Below, in pieces: positions 47,341 to 64,000 of a stretch of DNA of 64,000 nucleotides (within the stretch, counting starts at the first letter, position 1; each line of letters begins with the position of its first letter). A model generated the notes under the pieces. It searched no databases. It saw only the letters and a program-made list of their open reading frames with translations, and had not been told where the DNA came from. Position numbers and translations under genes: made by a program. The DNA is from a virus (Duplodnaviria; Caudoviricetes), in the IMG/VR virus record IMGVR_UViG_3300034061_006011, one strand, 5' to 3'.

Positions 47341-47808
47341 TTACAGCAAATTTATACGCCAGTTCCAAATAATTTGAATATCAGATGTTTTTGACAATGG
47401 CGAAAATGTCGCCATTGAGTATAAAACGTCATTATTCAACACTAATCCCATTTCAGAAAGCGAATAACCATTAGCATCGCTGAAACCTAACACAGAAGTA
47501 AAAATAACCTGTGTTGGGTTAGAGTTGTCAATACTTGCTGATACGGTCTTAGAAGCCCTAGTAATGCCAAACAAACCAGTTCTATCTTGATTTACATATC
47601 TTAAGGTTGTACCGTCAACACCATTGTCACCAAAAATCATTCTTGAGACAAACTGTTCATAACTACCAATGCTATTAGCTAAAACTTTTACAAGTTCAGC
47701 TCTACCACCAGCCAAAACAGCATTCTTGAAATCTATGACTTTCTCGGTGCCATTTTTGTCAATAATTTTACCACTTACAGAACCAAGAAAATTCGTTGAA
47801 TCAATCAT
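47341..47808 (-). CDS. Putative baseplate/tail-fibre attachment protein
   Basis: KNAVL.GGR...LSEMGL...K..DIQIIWNW pattern; follows the wedge gene. Confidence 0.55.
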   Translation of the reverse strand: MIDSTNFLGSVSGKIIDKNGTEKVIDFKNAVLAGGRAELVKVLANSIGSYEQFVSRMIFGDNGVDGTTLRYVNQDRTGLFGITRASKTVSASIDNSNPTQVIFTSVLGFSDANGYSLSEMGLVLNNDVLYSMATFSPLSKTSDIQIIWNWRINLL

Positions 47809-50800
47809 ATGTTCCCTTCAGTTTTCTTATTATCTTTAGTTAAAATAGTGTAACCAATACTTTCTTCTTGTACCGAAAAGTCTTTAGTCTCAGAACCAGA
47901 AGCTAAATCAGTCATTGCAAATGCTGGCAAGTTCATTATCTCATTTGTAATTACTTCTTGACCAGATCTATCTACAAAATCAAAATCTTGTAACATAATT
48001 GTTGCCGGATCTTTCACATATCTTATCAAGTCGTAAGAAACCGATGTTCCACCACTTGATATCGTTCCCCATTCTTCAAATTTACCAGATAAAAATAAAT
48101 ACTGATTAAGTCCTATTGTTTCTTCGCTTATTATCGAATAAAAAGAACTGTTAATTTCAATTAAATAGTTTTCTTTAAATGTGCTATCCTCTAATGCATT
48201 CGGATCATTTGGATCTGTAAATGTTGGGAAAGTAATTGGTTTTAAAAATAACATTTTATTATAATCTAAATTTCCACTATCAGCAGTAATTCTTTGCAAT
48301 ACTTTACCACTTACTCCACCTTGATCACCAGCATTGTAATTATCTATATAAATTTCGTTTGATGTATCTGGATATCCATCAATGTAATACTGAGAAGAAT
48401 CAGCATCAAAGAAGAAATAATTGTTTCTTGTTAAAAATGTTTGAATGTTTCCAATACCAGTTCCAGCATCAACTACTACTCTTCCCCTATAAACAACATT
48501 GTAAATACCATCATTTGATTCAAATATTATATTATTACTATTATCAAGAAGCTTGTAATCTAAATTTTCATAATAAGAATTTGTGAGAGACCCATCGTTC
48601 AGCAAGTAAATCTCATTGTTGACTATATTTGTTATTTCATAAATTAATCCAGTTGAAATAATTTGTATCTTCCAACTTGCAACAGCCTGACCATTGTCAA
48701 CATCAAATATAGTTTTTATTGGATAATAAAGGAAGTCTAAGGTAGAATCTGTTATAAAATACAAGTTATCTTGATAAACATCAAAATTAGAATCAGATAA
48801 AACAATATTGGAAAGTATAAAGCTAAATTCTGTTGTGTTTAAAGGTTCACTAATCGAACCAATTATTTCAACATAATTACCAACAGGATTTTGAACAGTA
48901 TATTCTCCGCTATTTACATGTGGAGATAAAATTTCTAATAATGTGTCAGATGAATTATTAGAAATGCCAATCGTTTCTAAATTTTGCAAAGGACAGAACA
49001 AAATAATTGATTCATTATATCCATTTGTTGTTCCACTTTCAGCGGTTTGCGCTGTTGCTAACATATTTCTAAGAACTTGACCATACACATTAGGTCTAAT
49101 ATTTCTGTTAAATATTGTATTAGCTTGACCAGAAATCAAATAATCAGAAGCATTATATTTTATTAAAATCTGCCAAGACTCATATGCTGGAAGCATATAG
49201 TCTTCCATATAGCCATTAAATTTCAATGTGTGAAGAATTGCATGAAATGGCGTGTATTCAGCAATTATTTCTTGTGCCTCGACTAATCTTATATTAGATA
49301 AATCTTGAACAGAAAGTTCTAGATTATATCTAGCACTAATTGTATCTCTACATGGTTCAATAAAGTTCTTGTCAATATCTTTAGGATCAAAACTGTCTCT
49401 TAATGAACCGTTATATTCATCCATGTTATAAGCTTGTTCTGAATATGGAAATTCAGTACGAATTTTACCAAAAACAATTGGCTCATAAAATGGATTTTTA
49501 ACATTTACAATCACATCAAATAAAGGATCTGTCTCTTCAATTGCATAAGTATTCCAATCCTTTGGTGGATACTCAAAATAACGATCATCTCTTGTGTCAA
49601 TCAAAGACAAACCTAATATGTAATTATGAATTTGAACTTGAGTTTCATTAGGAAATTCTTTTATTTGATATGTAATTTTTAATCTCGAAGATAGCTCTAG
49701 AGAGTTTCCTATATATTTCATATAAGAAACACCATTACTTGTATAAATTTCTATGTTGTCTAAGCTTATTGTTGCATAATCTGAAGTATTAGTTTCTAGT
49801 TGTAATAAAAAAAATGTATTATTTTTATCTAAACTTACTTTTGACAATTTAAAAATTGTTTCGCCAGAATACAAGAAACTTTCTGTATGTGAATATTTTG
49901 TCCCAACTTGCCACAATTGAGAAAATTCAACTAATTCCATTCCTGCATCGCTTAATGCTTGTCTAAGTCCTTCTAATCTGCCTTTCATTTTATTAAGAGG
50001 TACTGCTTTCTTAATTTGCTTGCGCCATCTAGTTGGATCAGAACTACGCAGTTTCAAATTGAAAAAGTTAGCCAAGTAAATTAGAAGCGGTTCTTGAAGA
50101 ACATTTGCATCTAGAAGATCAATAATTTGATTTACTAAATCTTCCATTTGCTTAAATCCATCATTCAAAGCAAGATTAAGCTTGTCTAATATTTCTGGAG
50201 TTCTATCTGTATCAGCATATGTACTTTTGTACATTTCTGGTAAATATCTTGTTAGTAAATCATAATACTTTTTTGGTGGAGTTCTGTGTGTTGGATTGCT
50301 GGTATATGCAGCAATGTCACTATTAAGATAAAATGGCAAGTGTGCGCTTAATGTATCACCAGATGGATTTGGTTTCCATTTATAACAAATGAAATAATCA
50401 CCTTCTCTTACATTGAAAGCATCCCAAAAAAATTGAAATCTGCAATAAGGGAATTCATCTGTTGGTGCTTTGATTACAATTGAATCTGTATTTGTTCCGC
50501 CACGAACCCAAAGTGGTTGTGTGGAACTGCCAGCTTGAAAAACTATTTGAGAATTTGCGTAGTAAAATGGATTAGTAACAATGCTTTTTTGCCAAGCATC
50601 AAAAGCATCGTTTGCAAGTTGAGCATTTTCTTCTGATGGATACTCACAGGCAATATTTTTTAGAACAAGATAACGAGCTTCTAAATTAGCTTGAGATATT
50701 TGAGTATCGTATTCTTGAATATTTGGGGAAGCATAATTTCTTTCAATGAAAAAAATTGTGATGTTTTCTATGTAATAAGGATCTATTGGATAGCATTTGT

Positions 50801-50873
50801 TTGCATCCGGTGTTAAGAATATAAATTCAACCCTATCATTAACTTTAGGGTTATCTGTGTATAGCTTATTCAT
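47805..50873 (-). CDS. Baseplate wedge protein (gp7 / P2 gpI-like domain)
   Basis: LLDAN....LIYLANFF...WRKQIKKAV.L.K.KG..EGLRQAL; follows gp6. Confidence 0.7.
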   Translation of the reverse strand: MNKLYTDNPKVNDRVEFIFLTPDANKCYPIDPYYIENITIFFIERNYASPNIQEYDTQISQANLEARYLVLKNIACEYPSEENAQLANDAFDAWQKSIVTNPFYYANSQIVFQAGSSTQPLWVRGGTNTDSIVIKAPTDEFPYCRFQFFWDAFNVREGDYFICYKWKPNPSGDTLSAHLPFYLNSDIAAYTSNPTHRTPPKKYYDLLTRYLPEMYKSTYADTDRTPEILDKLNLALNDGFKQMEDLVNQIIDLLDANVLQEPLLIYLANFFNLKLRSSDPTRWRKQIKKAVPLNKMKGRLEGLRQALSDAGMELVEFSQLWQVGTKYSHTESFLYSGETIFKLSKVSLDKNNTFFLLQLETNTSDYATISLDNIEIYTSNGVSYMKYIGNSLELSSRLKITYQIKEFPNETQVQIHNYILGLSLIDTRDDRYFEYPPKDWNTYAIEETDPLFDVIVNVKNPFYEPIVFGKIRTEFPYSEQAYNMDEYNGSLRDSFDPKDIDKNFIEPCRDTISARYNLELSVQDLSNIRLVEAQEIIAEYTPFHAILHTLKFNGYMEDYMLPAYESWQILIKYNASDYLISGQANTIFNRNIRPNVYGQVLRNMLATAQTAESGTTNGYNESIILFCPLQNLETIGISNNSSDTLLEILSPHVNSGEYTVQNPVGNYVEIIGSISEPLNTTEFSFILSNIVLSDSNFDVYQDNLYFITDSTLDFLYYPIKTIFDVDNGQAVASWKIQIISTGLIYEITNIVNNEIYLLNDGSLTNSYYENLDYKLLDNSNNIIFESNDGIYNVVYRGRVVVDAGTGIGNIQTFLTRNNYFFFDADSSQYYIDGYPDTSNEIYIDNYNAGDQGGVSGKVLQRITADSGNLDYNKMLFLKPITFPTFTDPNDPNALEDSTFKENYLIEINSSFYSIISEETIGLNQYLFLSGKFEEWGTISSGGTSVSYDLIRYVKDPATIMLQDFDFVDRSGQEVITNEIMNLPAFAMTDLASGSETKDFSVQEESIGYTILTKDNKKTEGNI

Positions 50874-52422
50874 AGGTAAAATTAATTCTCGTAGTATCTG
50901 GTCTAATTATTTCAAAATATCTTGCCCTTACAAGCTTTCCGCTATTTTCAGGATCAGAAGTTGTAAAATAAATATCATATCTTCTTGGCTGTTGCATATC
51001 AGACAAAGCCTTAATGACATCAATGTCTCTTAAATTTTGATTGTAATCCCAATTGTTAAGGGAGAAGAAGTTTTGCATTCTTGTTGTTATGTTTGCTCTG
51101 ATGTCGTCTTCAAACTTTTTGTAATATTTATCAATTACAACATTGATAGAAACATCTGAAAGTATTATTTGTCCATCAAGTATTGACAAATAATCTGTCA
51201 TCATCTTGTTTTCATTCATGTATTGTGTAAATTCATATTTGAACTGACTGGAAGAAACAGCTAGATCAAAATTATTAACTTTTGTGAGAATATAAAGTTC
51301 TATGATGTTTGCACTACATCCAGAATGTCTGAGAACTGCATTTGTTTTTCCCATAACACCATTATATGGAGTCACAAACAAATTAGCATAATTTTTATAA
51401 TCAGATCCTGATACACATCTATTTTGTGTTTGGTTGTAAATAGGAAGTTTATATCTAATATCATCTATTGTATCGCCATCGTATCCGTATTCACCTTTTG
51501 TATAATTGGTAAAATTAACAACTGCACTGAAAACTTCGCCTTCAATTGAAACTAATGACTGTGCATTTACAAAATTTGTAACAATATTACCAGAAGTTCC
51601 ACCACCGACTCTATAGGTTGCAACAATAGTTGAACCAGTTGGAGGAATGTATCCAGCACGATTATTGCCAAATATAATGAAAACAGAATAATCAGAATTG
51701 TATTCAACTCTATATTCTCTCTTTGGAGCTGATTCTGTAAAGTATTTTACTTGTTCCCAAGTGACACCGTCAACGCTTACTCTAATTGAATCTAATAGCA
51801 CTGGAGAAAAGTTTAATAAGTAAGCTTGATCTGTTCCACCAGTTCCTGCGAATGTATCTGTGTATGTTCTTCCTTCAATACCAACTATATTGCTATTAAT
51901 TAATGATCCAGATGTTATTACTATGTTTTCATCAAATATTGGTCTTCCCAAAGCATCAGAAGCAAATAATTCAATTGTCGTTGTAACATTATTATTAAAT
52001 ATATCAACAGCATAAGGAGTTTGAATTACAAGATCTACGTTGTATGTGTTTGGAACTCTTGCTGTCCAAAGACTTTTTCCAGCAATAGGTGGTTTTGGAA
52101 CAAATCCTACTAGATTTGCTAGACGTATTGCGTTTTCTAATTCTGTAACTGTGTCAATAAACACTTCATTGGCGATTTGATCTGTCTTGAAGGACAGTGT
52201 ATCAGCAATAAATGCCCAGTTTTCAATAAGCATGATACCAAGACTTGATTCAACAAAGTCATTGAACTCTGTACCAAATTTTTCTTGAATATAAGCAACC
52301 AATCGAGATTTCATTGACCAGAAATCTTGATTGGTGTAATTTAATGAAAAAATTTGAGGTCTTGTGCCATTAGCCCCAGATTTATATGGCGTTAAATCAA
52401 ACGGACACTTCTCCACGGTCAA
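50866..52422 (-). CDS. gp6: Baseplate wedge subunit (gp6 / baseplate J-like)
   Basis: DFWSMK..L, NDFVESSLG.MLIE, ANEVFIDT, FGNNRAG.IP and RCVSGSDY. Confidence 0.9.
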   Translation of the reverse strand: MTVEKCPFDLTPYKSGANGTRPQIFSLNYTNQDFWSMKSRLVAYIQEKFGTEFNDFVESSLGIMLIENWAFIADTLSFKTDQIANEVFIDTVTELENAIRLANLVGFVPKPPIAGKSLWTARVPNTYNVDLVIQTPYAVDIFNNNVTTTIELFASDALGRPIFDENIVITSGSLINSNIVGIEGRTYTDTFAGTGGTDQAYLLNFSPVLLDSIRVSVDGVTWEQVKYFTESAPKREYRVEYNSDYSVFIIFGNNRAGYIPPTGSTIVATYRVGGGTSGNIVTNFVNAQSLVSIEGEVFSAVVNFTNYTKGEYGYDGDTIDDIRYKLPIYNQTQNRCVSGSDYKNYANLFVTPYNGVMGKTNAVLRHSGCSANIIELYILTKVNNFDLAVSSSQFKYEFTQYMNENKMMTDYLSILDGQIILSDVSINVVIDKYYKKFEDDIRANITTRMQNFFSLNNWDYNQNLRDIDVIKALSDMQQPRRYDIYFTTSDPENSGKLVRARYFEIIRPDTTRINFTYE

Positions 52423-52832
52423 CCCCCTTCGAACGGTACTGCTAGCACAAGTTCTTCAATAATATTTATTTTCTCTGGATTTATATAGTTAATTCGGATC
52501 AATACTCCATTCTTGTTTGTCGAATTATAACCAGCTTCAGTTTTTTCAACCAAATCTGTTACAGTAATTGCTGTTACAGTTATTCTTGGTTCCCAAGTGC
52601 TTATTGAATTAGATATTTCTCCTGCAATAGCACTTTTTGTGGCATCAGTGTTTTGTTCAAAAATATACTTTCTCAAAGCTGTGCCATATTGTGGCAACAT
52701 AACTCTATCACCGGGATTTGTTAATATTAATTGAATCAAATCACTTTTTAAGTTTTTAGCGCCAATTTGAGTATAGAAAAATCCTAATGGATTTTTAAAA
52801 ATTGGAAATGGAAAACCTTTTAAATCAGCCAT
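52419..52832 (-). CDS. gp25: Baseplate wedge subunit gp25 (GPW/gp25)
   Basis: LILTNPGDRVMLPQYG...FE...WEPRI. Confidence 0.92.
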   Translation of the reverse strand: MADLKGFPFPIFKNPLGFFYTQIGAKNLKSDLIQLILTNPGDRVMLPQYGTALRKYIFEQNTDATKSAIAGEISNSISTWEPRITVTAITVTDLVEKTEAGYNSTNKNGVLIRINYINPEKINIIEELVLAVPFEGG

Positions 52833-52834
52833 TA

Positions 52835-55021
52835 TTAATTTCCTTCAAGAGGTAAACCACCAGAACATAAATCTTCTCCCGGCAAACAGTTATCAGTTAT
52901 ATTTAGAGCGCCAAGCCCAATACCACTAGCAGAATTGCTACAAGAAGCATAAACTCTATCACTTGCTCTTACACATCCATTTACTAAAACGAGAACTGGG
53001 AACACACCCGGAATACACTGATCAGGATCTGTTGCTGTAGCATCATCTGTAGCTTGATTCAAATCAATTTGCAAAACATTCTCAGGAGGTGGATTTTCTG
53101 CTTCATCTGGTGGAATTGGTGGATAATCTCTACCAGCTAACAGGTAAATTTTTTCATCAAATTGTATCACATGATTGCCTTTTCCTTTGTGATAAAATGT
53201 CTGTTCTGTATAATCAAACCTATTAGTTGCCACATAATTCATTTTGTGACCTTTTACATATTCAAGAGCGTTTTCTTCAGCATAAAGGAATAGATTCCCA
53301 CCTGATCTTATTTGAATATATCCTGATTCTTCCACGCCTTCAAAACCTTCTCTTAATGTAATTTGATGTGGTCTTGAACCATTTTCTATTGTCTTTTGTG
53401 GCGCAGTAATAGAAATATATTGTCCTAATGTTTTATTTTGATCAGAACTATCATCCATTCTTATGGACAAACCATAACCAGTTCTTAATTGCATATAAGC
53501 AGCGGTTGCTTTTGGTTCTGGAACAGCGCCATCTCTTCTACAAGGATATTCTCTAAGATTTCCTCCATCACAAAGGAAAATTTCATGCTGACTAGTAGAA
53601 TTTATTTTCACACCTTGTTTTGAAGAAGCAGCGTCTGTGCAATTTAGACCATCAACAGCATCACATAAAAATATTTGATTTCCTAAAGCACTTTTTATTT
53701 TTACTCCATTATTATCTGCTCTAACTTTATCTGTGTTTGTTCCAACTCTTTCAATATCATTAAGTTCAATTAAATGTCCAGTTGTTGATTTCCAATAAGA
53801 TCTACCAACAAATTTATCATCACAACCAAAATCAAATGCTCGAATGCTTCTATCCCATTCCATATTGCCTCTTGGCTGATGGACAGAATCATCCATTACA
53901 AAACTGTGACCAGAAATAGAAAGAAACTGTATGCCTGTTTGAGGTAAATCACACTTATTATTTTGTGGAGTTTGTGGACCTTTATATGGTCTGCATTCGC
54001 TTTGTTGTTTGAAAAATGGATTTCTACCAATTTGTGAGTCTGGATTAATTTGACTTTCAGGTTCCCCACCAATTATTGTGGATCTATCATCTGTAGAACA
54101 ACCAACTTCTTCGCTTTTAGCAATGACCGGATTATCTTCATAATCAGGATTAAATAAATCAGATATACTTCCTGCTAAAGGAAAACGTGTAAAATCTTGA
54201 TAAGAAAACGCTTCAGGATTAGGAACTCCTTGAATACAACTAGTATCGCCATCTTTAGCAAAATTTGCACAAGCTGGATGCGCCCACTGACCCCCATAGT
54301 GTAAATGGTCATCTTTAAAGCACATCCAGTTGCCATTGCCGCTCATTATTTCTAATCTTTTCCATTTACGGTTGCAACTAGGATCTCCATCAACCATTTT
54401 CATCATGTGTTTTTCTGGAGTTTTAAAACCATAAATGTTCGGCGTTGTCGTTCTCTTAAGAATATTTGGGTCAGAAATTATTTGTTCAATTGAATCAATG
54501 TCAAATCCATTGTATGATTCTGTGTTCCAAGGAGGCATGACTTGTGATCCATCATTAGCTCCACAAAGATATCCGTTTCTTTTTCCTGCATAAATATCGT
54601 TATATTCTATGATTGGATAGCCAAAATAGTTTAATGCGCCCGGTGCTCTATCTCTTGTCCATGTTGTTCCAATATAATAACCAGCACCATTCATGCCATT
54701 TTCAAAAGCTACAATTATTGTTGAACCAGCAGGAGGAACCCATGATGCTCCACAGTCATCAAATCCACCAAACGAAGATATTGCTGATGCCCAAGGTAAT
54801 CCTTCAATAGGAATAGTTGGCTTATGCAAAATTGGAGAAAAATATTGAACTGCATTTTGTTTCCATACATCATATGTGCTAACGCAAATTGCTGTATAAA
54901 TTCCGTAATTATTAATTGGTTGTACTAAATCGGAAATACGCAACTTGTCTGTCGTATCCCACATCGTAGCAATTAAGTCTTCATGCTCTTGAAGTTTTTT
55001 AACAATATCATCAATTTCCAT
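52835..55021 (-). CDS. gp5: Baseplate central spike (gp5/VgrG-like), Cys-rich
   Basis: OB-fold LPWA...VPPAGS.IIVAFENG..G; repeated SGH.F.MDD beta-helix motifs. Confidence 0.75.
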   Translation of the reverse strand: MEIDDIVKKLQEHEDLIATMWDTTDKLRISDLVQPINNYGIYTAICVSTYDVWKQNAVQYFSPILHKPTIPIEGLPWASAISSFGGFDDCGASWVPPAGSTIIVAFENGMNGAGYYIGTTWTRDRAPGALNYFGYPIIEYNDIYAGKRNGYLCGANDGSQVMPPWNTESYNGFDIDSIEQIISDPNILKRTTTPNIYGFKTPEKHMMKMVDGDPSCNRKWKRLEIMSGNGNWMCFKDDHLHYGGQWAHPACANFAKDGDTSCIQGVPNPEAFSYQDFTRFPLAGSISDLFNPDYEDNPVIAKSEEVGCSTDDRSTIIGGEPESQINPDSQIGRNPFFKQQSECRPYKGPQTPQNNKCDLPQTGIQFLSISGHSFVMDDSVHQPRGNMEWDRSIRAFDFGCDDKFVGRSYWKSTTGHLIELNDIERVGTNTDKVRADNNGVKIKSALGNQIFLCDAVDGLNCTDAASSKQGVKINSTSQHEIFLCDGGNLREYPCRRDGAVPEPKATAAYMQLRTGYGLSIRMDDSSDQNKTLGQYISITAPQKTIENGSRPHQITLREGFEGVEESGYIQIRSGGNLFLYAEENALEYVKGHKMNYVATNRFDYTEQTFYHKGKGNHVIQFDEKIYLLAGRDYPPIPPDEAENPPPENVLQIDLNQATDDATATDPDQCIPGVFPVLVLVNGCVRASDRVYASCSNSASGIGLGALNITDNCLPGEDLCSGGLPLEGN

Positions 55022-55034
55022 ACAAATTACCTTC

Positions 55035-56699
55035 TTATGATTTTAAAGCTCTATTATTCTGTTCCACACCAGTTAATTTCAATTTAGTAATCCATTTACC
55101 ATCTGATAATTCATGATCACAACCATTTATCAAAAAAGCAATAGATGATATCTGATCATTTATTGTTGGCAGAGAAAGCCAGACACCATTGATTTTACCA
55201 TTATCAAAAAGATCTGACTGAATAACTGTGAATGGGTTTATAAATATTATTTTTATAAAAGACCCTATAATGTTCCAAGACCAAAGAAATCTTGGATCAC
55301 CTTGTATTGTCAAATCTGCTGTAACAGCTCCCAACATCGGTTTAGAAAAATTTCCAGCTTCAAGATGTAAAGATGCCGCTTCTGCTGTTTTTTGTCCTAT
55401 TTCTGCCGGTGGAGAAGACTCTCTATTATTAGAAGTAGCTGCTCCAGCAACTACAGTTTCTTTTCCCGGTTCATTGTTAGTTGCAGAATTTTGATTGCAA
55501 CCTTGTATAATTACAGATTTTGAGCTATTTGCTCCACCCGGAGCAGCGCCAACAAATCTGTTTGGAACACCAACAAATTCTATTTTTGGGGAAAATGATA
55601 TTACAGGACTTAAGTCGCCACCGTTAACAACATATGTCCCTACAAATTGTTTTATTTTACAGCTTCTATATTTTGTTCTGTCAATTAAACATTCAGTACT
55701 TTCCGCTTCTACTAAATATAAACATTCGTCATTTGCTCCACTTGGATAACATAAAAACACACCTTTTGTATGATCTGTTACAAAATTATTTAAATTTTTT
55801 GCTATAGCGTCAAGCACAGGTAAGTTATAACCGGGATAAACACCACTTCTTCCTGCATTAGTATCAGCATTTTTTTGTTTTGCATAAGACCAACCACCAT
55901 TTTGACCTTGCGGTTGTCTTACCAACGCTATTCTGCTTCCTTGTTTTGGAGCATTTGTTGGTTTTGGAGGACATGTTCCATCTTGCATCAGTTCAAAAGA
56001 TGTTAATATAGGAATTTTTTGAGAAGATTTTCCCAGAACATTTTGAGTTCTTCTTTGACCCATTTTGGCATCTGGTCCTTTTAATTCTAGTTTATATTTC
56101 CAAATGTTATTATCAAAAGTTACATCTATTTTTGTAACAAGGAAATCAATATAAGGTCCAATCGGTTTTCCCGGCAAAGACTGTTTATCTACAAAACTTT
56201 GTTGATAAATTGCGTTACCACCATTCTTGTTGGTGAAAACATACCCAAAATTAAGAGAAACTTTAATAATATCAGTATTTTTAACGCCTCTTCTAGGTGT
56301 GGCATCACAACGATCTCTATAAACAGAATTATAAAAACTTGTGAAATCCTGACCAGATGTATCAATTATTTCTAATGTTGCACCGTAACTTTGTGATATA
56401 CCCATGCTGGCAGATTTAATGAAAGCTCTTTTGTCTCTATCTGTTCCTAAAAAGTTTCCTGTTGTTATATAATAAGAAACATATCCATTATTATTTTGCT
56501 GTCTAAAATTAGCTTGATTTTCCCTTATTATTCTGAATCTAGCTTCTATAAACGGCGCATAACTTTCATATGATGCGTTTGGAGACAAACCATTTTGACC
56601 CGTATCGGGTAATGGTCGTCTTATATTTCCGCATGTATTGTAATTTTTACCATTTACTATAAATGACGGCAGTGATGGATATTTTAAATTAATAGGCAT
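55035..56699 (-). CDS. Baseplate hub protein (gp27/gpD-like)
   Basis: Position between gp53 and spike; C-terminal ADLTIQGDP...I.GCDHEL..G.W.TKL.L. Confidence 0.55.
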   Translation of the reverse strand: MPINLKYPSLPSFIVNGKNYNTCGNIRRPLPDTGQNGLSPNASYESYAPFIEARFRIIRENQANFRQQNNNGYVSYYITTGNFLGTDRDKRAFIKSASMGISQSYGATLEIIDTSGQDFTSFYNSVYRDRCDATPRRGVKNTDIIKVSLNFGYVFTNKNGGNAIYQQSFVDKQSLPGKPIGPYIDFLVTKIDVTFDNNIWKYKLELKGPDAKMGQRRTQNVLGKSSQKIPILTSFELMQDGTCPPKPTNAPKQGSRIALVRQPQGQNGGWSYAKQKNADTNAGRSGVYPGYNLPVLDAIAKNLNNFVTDHTKGVFLCYPSGANDECLYLVEAESTECLIDRTKYRSCKIKQFVGTYVVNGGDLSPVISFSPKIEFVGVPNRFVGAAPGGANSSKSVIIQGCNQNSATNNEPGKETVVAGAATSNNRESSPPAEIGQKTAEAASLHLEAGNFSKPMLGAVTADLTIQGDPRFLWSWNIIGSFIKIIFINPFTVIQSDLFDNGKINGVWLSLPTINDQISSIAFLINGCDHELSDGKWITKLKLTGVEQNNRALKS

Positions 56700-56700
56700 A

Positions 56701-57027
56701 TTACTGGTTATTTATTGGTATCCTAATTGTTTTACCTGCAATAAAATCTTTTATGTCATATATATTGTTGGCTTGCATAATTAACCACCAAGAATCTGGA
56801 TACCCATAAACGCTATTTGATACAAGATCTGGTCTATACGCATAACCTTCTGGAATGACTGTATACTTGTCAAATTGGTTTGCTGGTATCTCCGTTCTTT
56901 TGTAAGTGCTAAATGTTAATTTTTCTTCATCACCATAGACTAAAACAGTTGAATCTTTATATCTTGATAAAGAATTTACATAACTAGAAGCTTTTGCTGT
57001 TTCTGAAACTGATATTTGATACGCCAT
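56701..57027 (-). CDS. gp53: gp53/LysM-like (tail X) baseplate protein
   Basis: YRPDLVS..VYG.PD.WWLIMQANNI.D...G..IRIP. Confidence 0.85.
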   Translation of the reverse strand: MAYQISVSETAKASSYVNSLSRYKDSTVLVYGDEEKLTFSTYKRTEIPANQFDKYTVIPEGYAYRPDLVSNSVYGYPDSWWLIMQANNIYDIKDFIAGKTIRIPINNQ

Positions 57028-57028
57028 A

Positions 57029-57580
57029 TCATGCTCCCAATTGAATAATTCTATCTGCTCCGGGTAAATATCTACTGTCGTAAACAATTTCAAAATTCAA
57101 ATCTACATCAAGCTTATAAGGAAGATATTTACCATTTGCACTATTTACATTCCACACTTGATCAGATGGAAATGATACACTATAACTCAATAACACAACT
57201 GTAACTTCTGTATCAGCTATTAAACTGCCACATTTAATGCTTAATATTTTAGGTGGAATATAAGGAATAATATTATTAGGGTCTGCTCTAGGATAAACAC
57301 AAGATTCTAAATTTCTCAAATTTAATATATTTTGATTAATTGAATTCTGATCATATGAAATAAAATGACATTTCCATCCTATTTTTCTAGATCCACCAGA
57401 ATTAAACGTCTTAAATGGTGTTGATCTACCCATACCAGTTTCTTCAGCATAACCAGCATCTTTACTGTCTGTTATATCTGGTAAGTTGTTCATGAAAATC
57501 TGGAAAGTATTTGAACGAATATAGCAATCAGCAATATCGTTCAATGCTCCCGTTGGTCCTGTTGCTCTTCCTTCTGACAT
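57029..57580 (-). CDS. Tail tube initiator (gp48/gp54, CIS tube-like)
   Basis: GRSTP...F.SGG.R.I, L..LE..VYP and PP..L...G motifs; follows the tape measure. Confidence 0.65.
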   Translation of the reverse strand: MSEGRATGPTGALNDIADCYIRSNTFQIFMNNLPDITDSKDAGYAEETGMGRSTPFKTFNSGGSRKIGWKCHFISYDQNSINQNILNLRNLESCVYPRADPNNIIPYIPPKILSIKCGSLIADTEVTVVLLSYSVSFPSDQVWNVNSANGKYLPYKLDVDLNFEIVYDSRYLPGADRIIQLGA

Positions 57581-57613
57581 TTTTAAATTCCCTCAATATA
57601 ATTAAATTAGTTA

Positions 57614-64000
<6,387 letters not shown>

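Noticed and set aside
8909-57580. Bacterial extracellular contractile injection system or tailocin
   Set aside because: Neck proteins gp13/gp14, a late sigma, a primase and head-targeting leaders indicate a DNA-packaging phage

Overview
This is an AT-rich, densely coded fragment of a large T4-like contractile-tailed phage, probably a jumbo myovirus. It uses the standard genetic code, and genes are cut at both window edges. It holds most of the neck, tail and baseplate module: gp13, gp14 and gp15-like proteins, the sheath, two tail-tube paralogs, a gp26/gp51-like chaperone pair, gp6, gp25, gp53, spike, hub and tube-initiator-like genes, and a tape measure of more than 2100 aa. Interleaved on both strands are a gp55-like late sigma factor, a primase, a Cas4/RecB-like nuclease, an Hjc-like resolvase, a MoxR/VWA pair and many accessory genes. 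The main points of interest are: (1) about nine scattered genes with a T4-type N-terminal capsid-targeting motif, including an ART-like protein, low-complexity proteins and an unannotated frameshifted paralog; (2) a probable -1 programmed frameshift joining the gp26-like and gp51-like ORFs; (3) two giant virion proteins built from a Cys/Trp-rich repeat, mucin-like PAT stalks, PKD domains and a P-domain, next to glycosyltransferase-like genes; (4) Cys-rich outer virion proteins alongside a Cys-free tape measure; (5) actin-like, McsA-like and COOH-NH2 ligase/GATase genes; and (6) very compact, apparently leaderless bidirectional promoters. All family assignments come from motif recognition by eye; no searches were run.
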